Positions 19,801-30,900 of a DNA stretch of 62,863 nucleotides are shown piece after piece; position 1 is the first letter of the stretch; every line of letters starts with the position of its first letter. The stretch spans positions 1 through 62,863 of the forward strand of contig CAOKNG010000004.1 in assembly GCA_948470025.1 (NCBI GenBank). Reading direction: 5' to 3'. This DNA comes from an uncultured Clostridium sp. GTDB lineage: Bacteria; Bacillota; Clostridia; TANB77; CAG-508. The position numbers were made by a program, and so were the translations under genes. A model generated the notes under the pieces. It ran no database searches, had not been told where the DNA came from, and worked only from the letters and a program-made list of their open reading frames with translations.

Positions 19801-22800
19801 TTAACAATACTTAGGTCTTTTATTTGGTAAATGGTAAATCCTGCATTTGCTAATGGTGAAGTTTCATTATTTCCTATCATTTGTTGTTTTAATATTTGAA
19901 AGGCTTGTTTTTTTACTCTATTTTCAAAGAATTTTTCTATTTTTACTAGTTTTGTTTCTTGCCCTTTGTATTCAACATTAATTTCGTGTGTATTTTCATC
20001 TTTTATATATCCTTCTGGTATTGTGTGTTGTTTTACATAGTATGTTCCACATTCTAGGTCATCTATGTTTATTTTTCCTTCTTCATTTGTAGTAACAATT
20101 CGAATTAATTCATCTTTTTTATATAGTACTCCTAATTCTCCTTCATATCTTGTGGTGATTCCATCTGGATGATTGATTTGGTCTTTTGCATAGATTTCGT
20201 ATTCTACTCCACCAAAATTTCCACTTCCTTGTGCTTCTTTTTTGCTTTCGCTATCGATGAGTTGAATATTAATTTCAGTGCTTACTCGTTTGCTTTCAAT
20301 ACTTGTTTTTTCTTCATTATTGAATAATTGGATTGTACTTTCATTTTCTGTTGTTTGGTTTTCATAGTTTCCTGTTTTTACGATGTCTAATATGTTAAAA
20401 GCATATTCTCTTTTATTTCCGTTTTCATCGTAGTCTCCATAGTATCCTGTTGCTGGGAGAGTTTCTACTATTTTATATTTTCCTTCATTGTTTTTGGTGT
20501 AGTATAACCATTCGTTTGATTCATAAATTTTATCGTTTCTTCTTGTCATTGTAACTGGTTTTCCACTGATTTTGCTTATGTATTCTTGGTATTGTCCGGC
20601 TTTCTTTGTTCCATTCATAAATCGTATATACGGTATTGTTTTGGATCACTTTTTTGGTTTCGCTATCTACATTATTGATACTTACTTTTATTTTATATGG
20701 TTCATTTTCGACTATTCCTGCCACTCTGTCAAAGTCATCTGGATTTCTTATTGCATATGCAATTCGATATTTTCCATTATTGTAGTCTGGTGTTATAGTA
20801 TAATTGTCTGGATGTAGTTGATCTATTACATATTCCATGCTGAATTCTAAGTTTTTATGGTTTAATGGTATTCCTGTTTCTACTACTCTATACTTTCCTC
20901 CAGTTACTTCGTTCCATGCATAGTAAGTTTCCGTCTTTATCATCATCGGTTAAGATTTCTTTTTCTACATATTCACTTCCATTCCATTCATATAATGTAA
21001 AGGTTGCATCACTTAGGTTTTCTTCTGTGATACTATCTGTTTTTCGTATTTGTAGTCTTGCAACTGGTTTTTGGTATTTTACTTCAAAGTTTTTTTCTGT
21101 TCTTGTGATTTGTCCTAAATCAATACTGGTATTTGTTCCTTTATAGTCTGTTAGATTTCCTATTAATGTAATACTATTGTTGTATTCTTTTATTTTACTA
21201 AATTCTCCTATTACTTTGATGGTTAATTTGTCTCCTGGTTTGGTAACATGGTTTTCTCCTTCTCCATATTCAACAATTAGATTATTTTTTTGTAGCATAT
21301 AGTCTTCTATTTTCGTTTCTTTTCCTGTTATTCCATCTGTATAGATAACTTCTATATTGTTTTTGTCTATTGTAAATCCATCATCAATTAGGTATGCTAC
21401 TTTGCTATTGTTGACTCCTGTTTTCCCTTGGTTATTTCTGCTTGCTTCTACAGTCGCTACCATTTCTAGTTTAGTATTTTTTAGGTATTCTCCTCGGAAT
21501 CCTTCTATTAGGTTGTACTCAATTTTACTTGTATAGGTTGGTAATACTATGTTGTTGATGATATTGATTCTCACGTTTTGTGTTTGGTTACTTGCTATAT
21601 TGTTTCCTTCATAGCTTATTTCATATCCTTCTATATAGTCTTCTGCTATTCGGAAAATATATCGGTTTCCATTGTCATCACATTCTCTAGTTTGGAAACT
21701 GTAGTTGTTGGTTTGTCCTGGTACTATAGCGATGTCTGCTATTTTTGTTTCTGCTCCATTTGCTCCTACTTTTCTATATATGTGCATTGTTGTTGCTTTT
21801 CTTGAGTTGTATTTGTTGTTTTGGTCATTCCATGTAATATTTCCTTCTATATTGATTTCTAGATTCTTTACTATGGTACTACTTCCTGAACCTACTCCTC
21901 CATTAATTTGTGATATGTTTCCTGCTACATCTTTTGCCCATGCATAGTATGTTCCGTTTTTATTTACTGTGAATTGGTTGCTTGCTTGAAAGCTACTTGC
22001 TGCTGGTGCTGTATTAGTTGTTGTTATGGCATATCCTGCTACTCCTGATGCTGCATAGTCTGCATTTCCTGTATCTGTTGCATTTACGGTTAAAACAGTT
22101 TGTTTTTTATTTGCACTTAAACTTTGTCCGATACTATTTACTACTGGTGCAATTTTATCTATATTATTAATACTAATACTTGCTGTTGCTGTTAAGTCAT
22201 AGTTGTTTATGACATTGATATTGTATGTTCCGTTTTTACTTATGGTATATGTATTGGCTGCTGTTCTTGTTCCTCCTTGCCATGAATATGGACTTGCTTT
22301 TAGTCCTCCTAATTCATCTCTTGCCGTTGCAGTTAAGGTAAGGTTTTGGTTGGTATAGTTTCTACTATTTACATTTACACTTACTTCTGGATAGGATTTT
22401 AGTAATGTAATTTTTACATATCCATTTCCTTCTCTTGAATTTTCTCCTGCTGTTACATTACTAAAACTTGTACTATTATAACTAGTTCCTGCACATTGTG
22501 TTTGTCCTCCATAGTAGCCTCCCCCTCCTGCTTTAGAACCTTTATATATTTCATTATTGGATTCTGCCTTTCCACTACCATCGATACACTCGTATTCGTC
22601 TATATCTACTCCTTCTTCTTTTCCACAAATAATAGAATGATGCCATGTCGTAGTAGTACTTCTATGTGAGCATTTATCTGAAGCAGAGGAATATACACCA
22701 CCATGATGTGGACAAGTATAAGTGCCTCCATGCCATACTCCATCATCACTTTGATACTTGTCTGTTTGGTACAATGTTGCTGTACATTTATTGCTTGTTG

Positions 22801-23422
22801 TTGTTGAATAATTTTTATAACATCCACTTGTTCCTGTTACGTTTTCTTTATTTCCTGTATGATAATGATAGTGTGGTTCAGCGTAAGCACCACCACCACC
22901 ACCTGCTACTAAAATACGGTTAGATGTGGCTGTTCCTCCCATACGAATGTCGGTTGCTCCCCCTCCATTTGCATATCGTCCTTCAGAAGGATAAATTACA
23001 TTAATTTCCGACAGTTCTTGACTGTATTCTGTTATATGAATATCTCCTGGATAATATGAATTTCCTCCTCCATTATACCCATCTTGTCCTCCTACATGAA
23101 TGGATAATACTGTATTTTTATCAAAAGTAGCTTCTCCTATTCGATAACTTCCTTTTCCTCCTAACACATCTCTTCTTACTGCTGCTCCTGAGGAAGTATC
23201 CGCTACCATAAGATTTCCCCCTTGTGCCCCATAGGCTTCTATTTTGTAGATTCCTTTGTATGGCAATGTTACAGTTTGTTCTTGTCCAGTATATTGAAAT
23301 TCCCATACCATTTGTGTTGCTGCTGCCTCTGATTCTGGAATTATATTAAAATTTGTAAACACTGGCAAATATGAAACCAAAATACTAATAACTAATATGC
23401 TACTAATTAACTTTTTCTTCAT
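16833..23422 (-). CDS. Giant (~2200 aa) surface protein: signal peptide, glycine-rich domain, Ig-like region, many SpaA/Cna-B-type domains, C-terminal VSTGE + TM anchor. Two +1 frame changes.
   Basis: Three overlapping ORFs (20888-23449, 20530-20946, 16833-20618). Recurring G(K/T)Y.(V/I).E...P.GY motifs. Frame change at CGG 20596-20598 and a second near 20931-20947. Confidence 0.75.
20596..20598 (-). other. in-frame CGG at ORF junction (AGC C GGA) in the giant adhesin
   Basis: Upstream frame reads GAA AGC CGG ACA. The +1 frame reads GGA CAA TAC CAA, joining YEWNKES-GQYQEYISK. Confidence 0.85.
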
Positions 23423-23659
23423 CTTTTTCCGTCTCCTTTGACTTAACAATTCTATTTCATATTTATTATATCGACTCGTCTTTACTTAGTAAATGGTACT
23501 TTTTGCCTGTTTCTATACAGGTTCTTCTTTCTTACTACGGAATCTTTTTTTTTCGACTTTTTTTACATTTTAGTTACATTTTTATAATATTTAATATTGT
23601 TGTGTTTCAATATTCTTCCTTTCTTTACGGAATCAACGGACTCGTGTTACATATAGAAA

Positions 23660-23689
23660 TAAGGGCTTGCATGATATGCAGGCCCTTAC
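23660..23689. repeat. GC-rich REP-like hairpin TAAGGGCTTGCAT-GAT-ATGCAGGCCCTTAC, probably doubling as the rpoC terminator
   Basis: Lies 17 nt downstream of the rpoC stop codon. Stem followed by a T-rich tract in the minus sense. Confidence 0.55.
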
Positions 23690-23705
23690 GGTTTATAAAA
23701 ATATT

Positions 23706-26700
23706 CTATTCTACAATATTCGCATTTCTTACCTCTTCTATTAATGGTGATTCTGCTTCTTCTAATTCTAGGTCTAATTCTGGCTCTTCTTCTGTTTCGG
23801 TATTAATCTTAATGCTTTTATACTTATTCATTCCTGTTCCTGCTGGAATTAGCTTTCCAATAATAACGTTTTCTTTTAGTCCTATTAATGGATCTACTTT
23901 TCCTTTAATTGCAGCTTCGGTTAATACTCTTGTGGTCTCTTGGAAGGATGCTGCTGATAGGAAGGATTCTGTTGCAAGAGATGCTTTGGTAATTCCAAGC
24001 AACGTACGTTTTCCAGTTGCTGGGCGTTTTCCCTCGGCTTCTACTTCTTTATTTTTGTCTGCAAATTCGTACATGTCAACTAATGAGCCTGGGAACATGT
24101 CGGTATCACCATTGTCTTCCACTCTTACTTTTTTAAGCATTTGTCTTCCAATAACTTCAATGTGTTTGTCGTTAATATCAACACCTTGGTTACGGTATAC
24201 TTTTTGTACTTCTTGAATTAGGTATTCGTATACGCCTTCTGGTCCTTTGATTAGTAAGATTTCGTTTGGATTGATAGAACCTTCTGTAATTTGGTCTCCT
24301 GCTTCTAATTCGTCTCCGTCTTTTACACGTAGTTTAGAACCAAATGGAATGGTGTAAGTTTTTGAGTCGTCTTTTGATGTTACAATTACTTCTTTCTTTT
24401 TCTTGTTTTCTGCTATTTTTACTTTTCCTGCAATTTCAGTGATGATGGCAAGACCCTTTGGTTTTCTTGCTTCAAATAGTTCTTCAACCCTAGGAAGACC
24501 TTGTGTAATATCTCCTCCTGCAACACCACCTTGGTGGAAGGTTCTCATGGTTAACTGGGTACCTGGTTCACCAATGGATTGTGCTGCGATAATTCCAACG
24601 GCTTCTCCTATGTTTACTTCGGTTCTAGTCGCAAGACCCATTCCGTAACATTTTGCACATACTCCATGTTTTGAATGACATCCTAGTGCAGAACGTACTT
24701 TTACTTTTTCAAATCCTGCTTCTACGATTTTTTCTGCTATTTTGTCAGTAATCATGGTGTTAGTGTCTACAATGACTTCTTTGGTTTTTGGGTTGATGAT
24801 GTCTTCTAATGGGTATCTTCCTTCTAGTCTTTCTTGTAGTTTTTCGATAACTTGGTTTCCGTCTTTTATGTCATAGACTAAAATTCCTTCATGGGTTCCA
24901 CAGTCATGTTCACGAACAATGATGTCTTGGGATACGTCTACTAATCTTCTGGTTAGGTATCCAGAGTCTGCGGTTCTAAGCGCTGTATCGGCAAGTCCTT
25001 TTCTTCCTCCATGGCTTGATACGAAGTATTCTAGTGGGTCAAGTCCTTCACGGAAAGAGGAACGAATTGGGATTTCTACGGCTTTACCAGAGGTGTTTGC
25101 CATTAGTCCTCTCATTCCTGCTACTTGGCGTAATTGGTTCATGTTTCCACGAGCTCCAGATTCAATCATCATGTAGATTGGGTTTAATTCATCAAAGTTA
25201 TCTTGCATTGCAAGGGATACATCCTGTGTTGCTTGTTCCCATACTTTAATAACGGATTCATAGCGTTCGTCTTCGGTGATTAAACCACGTTTATATTGTT
25301 TTGCAATGTGTTCTACTTTTTCTTCTGCTTCGGCTAAGATATCTTGTTTCTTTTCTGGAATGATAATATCTTTTGTGCTAACTGTAATAGCACCTTTTGT
25401 TGAGTATTTGTATCCAGTGTCTTTGATGTAGTCTAGTAGTTCAGAGGCTCTGGATAGTCCATGTACATTAATACATTTTGCAACGATTTTTCCTAGGTTT
25501 TTCTTGATAACTGGGAAATCGATTTCTAAATCAAATTCGTGTTCTGGGTCAGTTCTATCGACAAATCCTAAGTCTTGTGGTATTCCTTGGTTATAAATGA
25601 CTCTTCCTACTGTGGTTTGGATTCGTTTTGAACGAACATTTCCTTCTTCATCCTGAGCACTCATACGGATATATACTTTAGCATGTAGTCCTAAGTCTCC
25701 GTTGGCATATGCCATTAGGGCTTCGTCGATATCTTTATAATAACTTCCTTCTCCTGGTTCTCCTTTTACTTCCATGGTTAGGTAGTAACTTCCTAAAATC
25801 ATATCTTGGGTTGGAACGGTTACTGGTTTACCATCTTGTGGTTTTAATAAGTTGTTTACTGATAGCATTAAGTATCTTGCTTCTGCTTGTGCTTCTGGTG
25901 ATAATGGTACGTGTACTGCCATTTGGTCTCCATCGAAGTCGGCATTGAAGGCGGTACATACTAATGGGTGTAGTTTGATGGCTCTTCCTTCTACTAATAC
26001 TGGCTCGAAGGCTTGTATTCCAAGTCTATGTAGTGTTGGTGCACGGTTTAGCATAACTGGGTGGTCTTTAATAACTTCTTCTAAGATGTCCCATACTTCT
26101 GGTCTTAGTCTTTCTACCATTCTTTTGGCATTTTTGATGTTATGTGCAATGCCTCTTCCTACTAATTCTTTCATAACAAATGGTTTGAATAGTTCCACTG
26201 CCATTTCTTTTGGTAGACCACATTGGTAGATTTTTAGTTCTGGTCCAACAACGATAACGGAACGTCCTGAGTAGTCAACACGTTTTCCAAGTAAGTTTTG
26301 ACGGAAACGTCCTTGTTTTCCTTTTAGTAAGTCAGATAGTGATTTTAGCGGTCTATTTCCTGCACCTGTTACTGGTCTTCCACGTCTTCCGTTGTCGATT
26401 AGGGCATCAACGGATTCTTGTAACATTCTTTTTTCGTTTCTTACAATGATTTCTGGTGCTCCTAATTCTAGTAGTCTTTTTAAACGGTTGTTACGGTTGA
26501 TTACACGGCGGTATAGGTCGTTTAAGTCAGAGGTTGCAAAACGTCCACCATCTAGTTGTACCATTGGTCGTAGGTCTGGTGGGATGACTGGTACAACATT
26601 CATAACCATCCATTCTGGTTTGTTGCCAGATAGACGGAATGATTCTACCGTGTCTAAGCGTTTTACTAATTTTACTCTTTTTTGCTCACTGGCTCCTTCT

Positions 26701-27365
26701 AGTTCTTTTTTAAGTTTAGCTGCTAATTTGTCTACATCGATTTCTTGTAATAGTTTTTGAATGGCTTCTGCTCCCATTTCTGCTTTGAAAGAACCTCTTC
26801 CGTATTTTTCTTCTGCTTCATGGTATTCTTTTTCGGTTAGGACTTGGGTTTTGATTAGTCCTGAGGTTCCTTTGTCGGTTACGATGTAAGAGGCAAAGTA
26901 GATTACTTTTTCTAAGTTTCTTGGTGAGATGTCTAACATTAAAGCGACTCTACTTGGAATTCCTTTGAAGTACCAAATGTGTGCAACTGGTGCTGCAAGT
27001 TCAATGTGTCCCATTCTTTCTCTTCTTACTTTGGCTTTGGTAACTTCTACACCACAACGGTCACAGACAATTCCTTTATAACGTACTCTTTTGTATTTAC
27101 CACAATGGCATTCCCAGTCTTTGGTTGGTCCAAAGATTCTTTCACAAAATAGTCCGTCTTTTTCTGGTTTTAAGGTTCTGTAATTGATGGTTTCTGGTTT
27201 TTTAACTTCTCCTTTTGACCATTCTCTAACCTTTTCGTCTGATGCTAGACCAATTTTTAATTTATCAAATATCTCTAATTCATCCACGGTTTGTTTTTTC
27301 TCCCTTCCGGTTTGGATTTTTTGGTTTGTCTCTGTTTTTTCTTGTTTATTTACACTGCTGTACAA
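23706..27365 (-). CDS. rpoC: DNA-directed RNA polymerase subunit beta'
   Basis: Unmistakable RpoC sequence (NADFDGDQM, zinc-binding Cys clusters). The true start may be GTG 27287, preceded by GGAAGGGAG, rather than ATG 27365. Confidence 0.97.
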   Translation of the reverse strand: MYSSVNKQEKTETNQKIQTGREKKQTVDELEIFDKLKIGLASDEKVREWSKGEVKKPETINYRTLKPEKDGLFCERIFGPTKDWECHCGKYKRVRYKGIVCDRCGVEVTKAKVRRERMGHIELAAPVAHIWYFKGIPSRVALMLDISPRNLEKVIYFASYIVTDKGTSGLIKTQVLTEKEYHEAEEKYGRGSFKAEMGAEAIQKLLQEIDVDKLAAKLKKELEGASEQKRVKLVKRLDTVESFRLSGNKPEWMVMNVVPVIPPDLRPMVQLDGGRFATSDLNDLYRRVINRNNRLKRLLELGAPEIIVRNEKRMLQESVDALIDNGRRGRPVTGAGNRPLKSLSDLLKGKQGRFRQNLLGKRVDYSGRSVIVVGPELKIYQCGLPKEMAVELFKPFVMKELVGRGIAHNIKNAKRMVERLRPEVWDILEEVIKDHPVMLNRAPTLHRLGIQAFEPVLVEGRAIKLHPLVCTAFNADFDGDQMAVHVPLSPEAQAEARYLMLSVNNLLKPQDGKPVTVPTQDMILGSYYLTMEVKGEPGEGSYYKDIDEALMAYANGDLGLHAKVYIRMSAQDEEGNVRSKRIQTTVGRVIYNQGIPQDLGFVDRTDPEHEFDLEIDFPVIKKNLGKIVAKCINVHGLSRASELLDYIKDTGYKYSTKGAITVSTKDIIIPEKKQDILAEAEEKVEHIAKQYKRGLITEDERYESVIKVWEQATQDVSLAMQDNFDELNPIYMMIESGARGNMNQLRQVAGMRGLMANTSGKAVEIPIRSSFREGLDPLEYFVSSHGGRKGLADTALRTADSGYLTRRLVDVSQDIIVREHDCGTHEGILVYDIKDGNQVIEKLQERLEGRYPLEDIINPKTKEVIVDTNTMITDKIAEKIVEAGFEKVKVRSALGCHSKHGVCAKCYGMGLATRTEVNIGEAVGIIAAQSIGEPGTQLTMRTFHQGGVAGGDITQGLPRVEELFEARKPKGLAIITEIAGKVKIAENKKKKEVIVTSKDDSKTYTIPFGSKLRVKDGDELEAGDQITEGSINPNEILLIKGPEGVYEYLIQEVQKVYRNQGVDINDKHIEVIGRQMLKKVRVEDNGDTDMFPGSLVDMYEFADKNKEVEAEGKRPATGKRTLLGITKASLATESFLSAASFQETTRVLTEAAIKGKVDPLIGLKENVIIGKLIPAGTGMNKYKSIKINTETEEEPELDLELEEAESPLIEEVRNANIVE

Positions 27366-27473
27366 TTTATGGTTGCTATAAACAGGAATATAAGAGGCTT
27401 ATTCAATTACAAGAACCCCCAGTCTGCTTCGCAGACAGCCCCCTTAAGTAAAGGGGCCTTTACTCTACTTTTT

Positions 27474-27530
27474 ATTCTATCGCATATAATGATTTGTAAG
27501 TGGCAAAGCCACTAACACAATCATTATATG
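27474..27530. repeat. Compound hairpin, copy a (inner stem agtggc/gccact inside outer stem catataatgatt/aatcattatatg)
   Basis: Homologous copies at 31757-31806 and 56566-56617 carry compensatory stem changes. Confidence 0.6.
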
Positions 27531-27880
27531 TTTAGCACTTGGTTGATTTGGTTACATACTTGGGTGAAGTTGGTTTGTATGTCTTTGTTTTTGTAGCGTA
27601 ATACGGTTAAGTTGTATGCGTTTAATAGGTCTGTTCGTATTTTGTCGTATTCTTTTCCATCTACTGTATAGTGTTGGTTTCCGTCTATTTCTATAATGAG
27701 TTTCTTTTTAGGGCAGTAAAAATCTACAATATAGTTTTCTATAATTTTCTGTCTCGTAAAGCGATATTGGTTTTTACTTAAAAATTCATACCAAATTTTT
27801 CTCTCCTCTGGTGTCATATTATTTCGTAAAACTCTCGCTCTCTCCACATACTCCTTATTATATCGAATATACATTGCCAA
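27524..27880 (-). CDS. DUF559 (Vsr-like PD-(D/E)XK) endonuclease domain protein
   Basis: 118 aa with the family pattern LR..MT.EE..(I/L)W......RF.RQ..I..YIVDFYC....LIIEIDG..H.....YD..R...L......VLR. Confidence 0.8.
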   Translation of the reverse strand: MAMYIRYNKEYVERARVLRNNMTPEERKIWYEFLSKNQYRFTRQKIIENYIVDFYCPKKKLIIEIDGNQHYTVDGKEYDKIRTDLLNAYNLTVLRYKNKDIQTNFTQVCNQINQVLNI

Positions 27881-27966
27881 CCTCCATCATAAACAGTAGA
27901 GTAAAGGCCCCTTTACCTAAGGGGGCTGTCTGCGAAGCAGACTGGGGGTTCTTTTAGTGTCTTTTA

Positions 27967-30900
27967 CTAAATCATATCATTGTCATTTGCTAAATTGTCT
28001 TCACCTAAATCGGTGTCTTCTAATAGCATTTCGTCTTCGTCGTCTAAGATTGGGTCATCGAATAATTCGTCTGATTCTTCTTCATCGTCTACGATTTCGT
28101 TTCCGTCTTCGTCTTCTTCCATGTAGCCATCTGCTAGTTCGTCTTCTACTAAGATGTTTTGGGCTTTGTCTTTTTCTGGGTTGTATTCAATTCCTTCTTC
28201 AATGTTTTCTTTTAGTTCTAATTCTTGGTTATCGCTTGAGTATAGACGAACATCTAGTCCTAAGCTTTGTAGTTCTTTTACTAGTACTTTAAAGCTTTCT
28301 GGTACTCCTGGTTCTGGTACATTTTCGCCTTTTACAATGGCTTCATAGGTTTTTACACGTCCTACGGTATCGTCTGATTTTACGGTTAGAATTTCTTGTA
28401 GGGTATGTGCTGCACCATATGCCTCTAATGCCCATACTTCCATTTCTCCAAAACGTTGTCCTCCAAATTGTGCTTTTCCTCCTAGTGGTTGTTGGGTAAC
28501 TAATGAGTATGGTCCAGTAGAACGGGCATGGATTTTGTCGTCTACTAAATGGTGTAGTTTTAACATGTACATAACACCAACGGTTACTGGATGGTCGAAT
28601 TTTTCTCCAGTTCTTCCGTCGTATAGTGTTACTTTTCCGTCTGGGGTACGTCCTGACTGTTCTAGTAATTCGGTAATTTCTTCTTCAGAAGCTCCGTCAA
28701 ATACTGGGGTTGCTACTTTCCAACCAAGTTCTCTAGCAGCTGCTCCTAAATGGACTTCTAACACTTGACCTAAGTTCATACGAGATGGTACACCAAGTGG
28801 GTTAAGAACGATATCGACTGGGGTTCCATCTGGCATAAATGGCATGTCTTCTACTGGCAAGATTCTTGATACAACACCTTTGTTTCCATGTCGTCCTGCC
28901 ATTTTATCTCCAACCGAGATTTTTCTTTTTTGTGCAATATAGCAACGAATGACTTGGTTTACCCCTGGTGCTAATTCATCAGAATTGTCTCTTGTAAAGA
29001 TTTTGACATCTACAATGGTTCCTTCTTCTCCATGTGGTACTCTTAAGGAGGTATCTCTTACTTCTCTTGCTTTTTCTCCAAAGATGGCACGTAGTAATCT
29101 TTCTTCTGCAGTTAATTCGGTTTCTCCTTTTGGTGTTACTTTTCCAACTAGGATGTCTCCTGGTCTTACTTCTGCTCCAATACGGATAATTCCATTTTCG
29201 TCTAAGTCTTTTAAGCTATCTTCTCCTACGTTTGGAATGTCTCTTGTAATTTCTTCTGGTCCTAATTTTGTATCACGGCATTCGCAATCATATTCTTCAA
29301 TGTGGATAGAGGTATATACGTCTTCTTTTACTAATCTTTCGCTAATTAGTACCGCATCTTCGTAGTTGTAACCTTCCCATGTTGCAAAGGCGATTAGTAC
29401 GTTTTTACCTAGTGCCATTTCTCCTTTATCAGTAGATGGTCCATCTGCAATAACGTCTCCTGCTTTTACTTTTTCTCCTTTTACAACAATTGGTCTTTGG
29501 TTGATACAGGTTCCACCATTGGTTCTTTTGAATTTACGTAAATGATAGGTTTCTAAGTCTCCTTTTTCGGTTTTTAGAACGATTTCATCACCAGTTACTT
29601 TATGAATGGTTCCATTGGATTTTGCAATTTGCATAATTCCTGAGTCTTTGGCTGCACGGTATTCAATTCCAGTTCCTACAATTGGTGATTCTGGTACCAA
29701 TAGTGGAACGGCTTGACGTTGCATGTTTGCTCCCATTAAGGCACGGTGAGCATCGTCATGCTCTAGGAATGGTATCATGGCTGCACCAACGGATACTAAT
29801 TGTTTTGGCGATACGTCTACATAGTCTACCATTTCAGGGGCTACTTCTTCGATATCGTCTAAGTGTCTTACTTTGATTTTTTTGCCTACAAAGTTTCCGT
29901 TTTTATCAATTTGTTCAGAAGCTTGTGCAATTCTTGCTCCTTCTTCGTCTTCTGCACTTAAATATTTTACTTTCTCTGTTACTTTATGGGTGTTAGGGTC
30001 TACTACACGGTATGGTGTTTCCACAAATCCATATTCATTGATGATGGCAAATGAGGTTAGGGCAGAGATTAATCCAATGTTTGGTCCTTCTGGGGATTCG
30101 ATTGGACATAAACGTCCATAATGGGTATAGTGTACGTCTCTTACCTCGAAACCTGCTCTTTCTCTTGAAAGTCCACCTGGTCCTAAAGCAGATACCCTTC
30201 TTTTATGGGTTAACTCGGATAATGGATTGGTTTGATCCATGAATTGTGATAATTGGGAGCTTCCAAAGAATTCACGGATTGATGATGTGATTGGTTTTGT
30301 GTTAATTAAGGTTTGTGGGGTTACAACATCTAGGTCTTGAATGGTCATTCTTTCACGAACCACTCTTTCTAGTCTGGTTAAACCAATTCGGAATTGGTTT
30401 TGTAATAGTTCACCAACACAACGAATACGTCTATTTCCTAAATGGTCGATGTCATCTATGTATCCTAGTCCATGTTGTAGGTTCATTACATAGTTAACCG
30501 ATGCAATGATGTCTTCTGTGGTAATATGTTTTGGAATTAATTCTCCCATTCTTTCTTGAATCATTTTTTCTACGTCTTTTTTGTCTGTATTTTCTAAGAT
30601 ATTTTGTAGAATGGCAAAATTAACATCTTCTTTTATGACAATATTTTTTAGGGTTACATATTCATGAATGTCTACTGTACCATTTCCAATGACTTTAACA
30701 GCTTTTTCTCCTACTTTTACATCTACGGAATTGATTCCTGCATTTTGAATTTGTCTTGCTAGCTCTTCTGTAATAACACCATCTTTTTCTACTAAAATTT
30801 CTCCAGTAGATGGGTTCATAATGTCGTTTGCTGCTACTTGGTTTTTAATTCTTCCAGCTAATCCTAGTTTTTTGTTGAATTTGTATCTTCCTACTTTTGC

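Larger units (their letters stand above)
27411..27953. mobile_element. 543-bp cassette with 58-bp terminal inverted repeats carrying a DUF559 endonuclease gene, inserted in the rpoB-rpoC spacer
   Basis: 27411-27468 is the reverse complement of 27896-27953 with 1 mismatch. Each arm contains two GC-rich hairpins. The inner ends read CTAC / GTAG. Confidence 0.75.

Noticed and set aside
23429-23431. In-frame CGG in the N-terminal extension of the 853-aa ORF (MLSQRRRKKM...), which would be a read-through CGG
   Set aside because: The RBS AAAGGAGA sits directly upstream of the internal ATG 23422 (MKKKLISS..., a proper signal peptide), so the CGG lies in the 5' UTR. The same logic applies to the CGG at 58714-58716, upstream of the pilin-like start at 58680.
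23503-24216. 237-aa + strand ORF overlapping the 3' end of rpoC, together with the many 60-180-aa ORFs antisense to rpoB, rpoC, the adhesins, pcrA, the ABC genes and others (e.g. 832-1236, 28949-29365, 47899-48447, 54788-55327)
   Set aside because: These are low-complexity, Ser/Phe/Leu-rich translations typical of the antisense strand of AT-rich genes. They have no RBS and lie entirely within confidently assigned genes on the other strand.
27287-27365. A 26-aa N-terminal extension of RpoC ([26 protein letters not shown]) as a novel feature
   Set aside because: A GTG at 27287 preceded by GGAAGGGAG gives the conventional RpoC N-terminus ([16 protein letters not shown]...). The extension is probably an ORF-calling artefact, so it is not reported as a finding.
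27967-28230. Highly acidic C-terminal tail of RpoB as unusual
   Set aside because: From memory, Firmicute RpoB proteins, including that of Bacillus subtilis, already carry acidic C-terminal extensions. The tail is long here but not qualitatively new.
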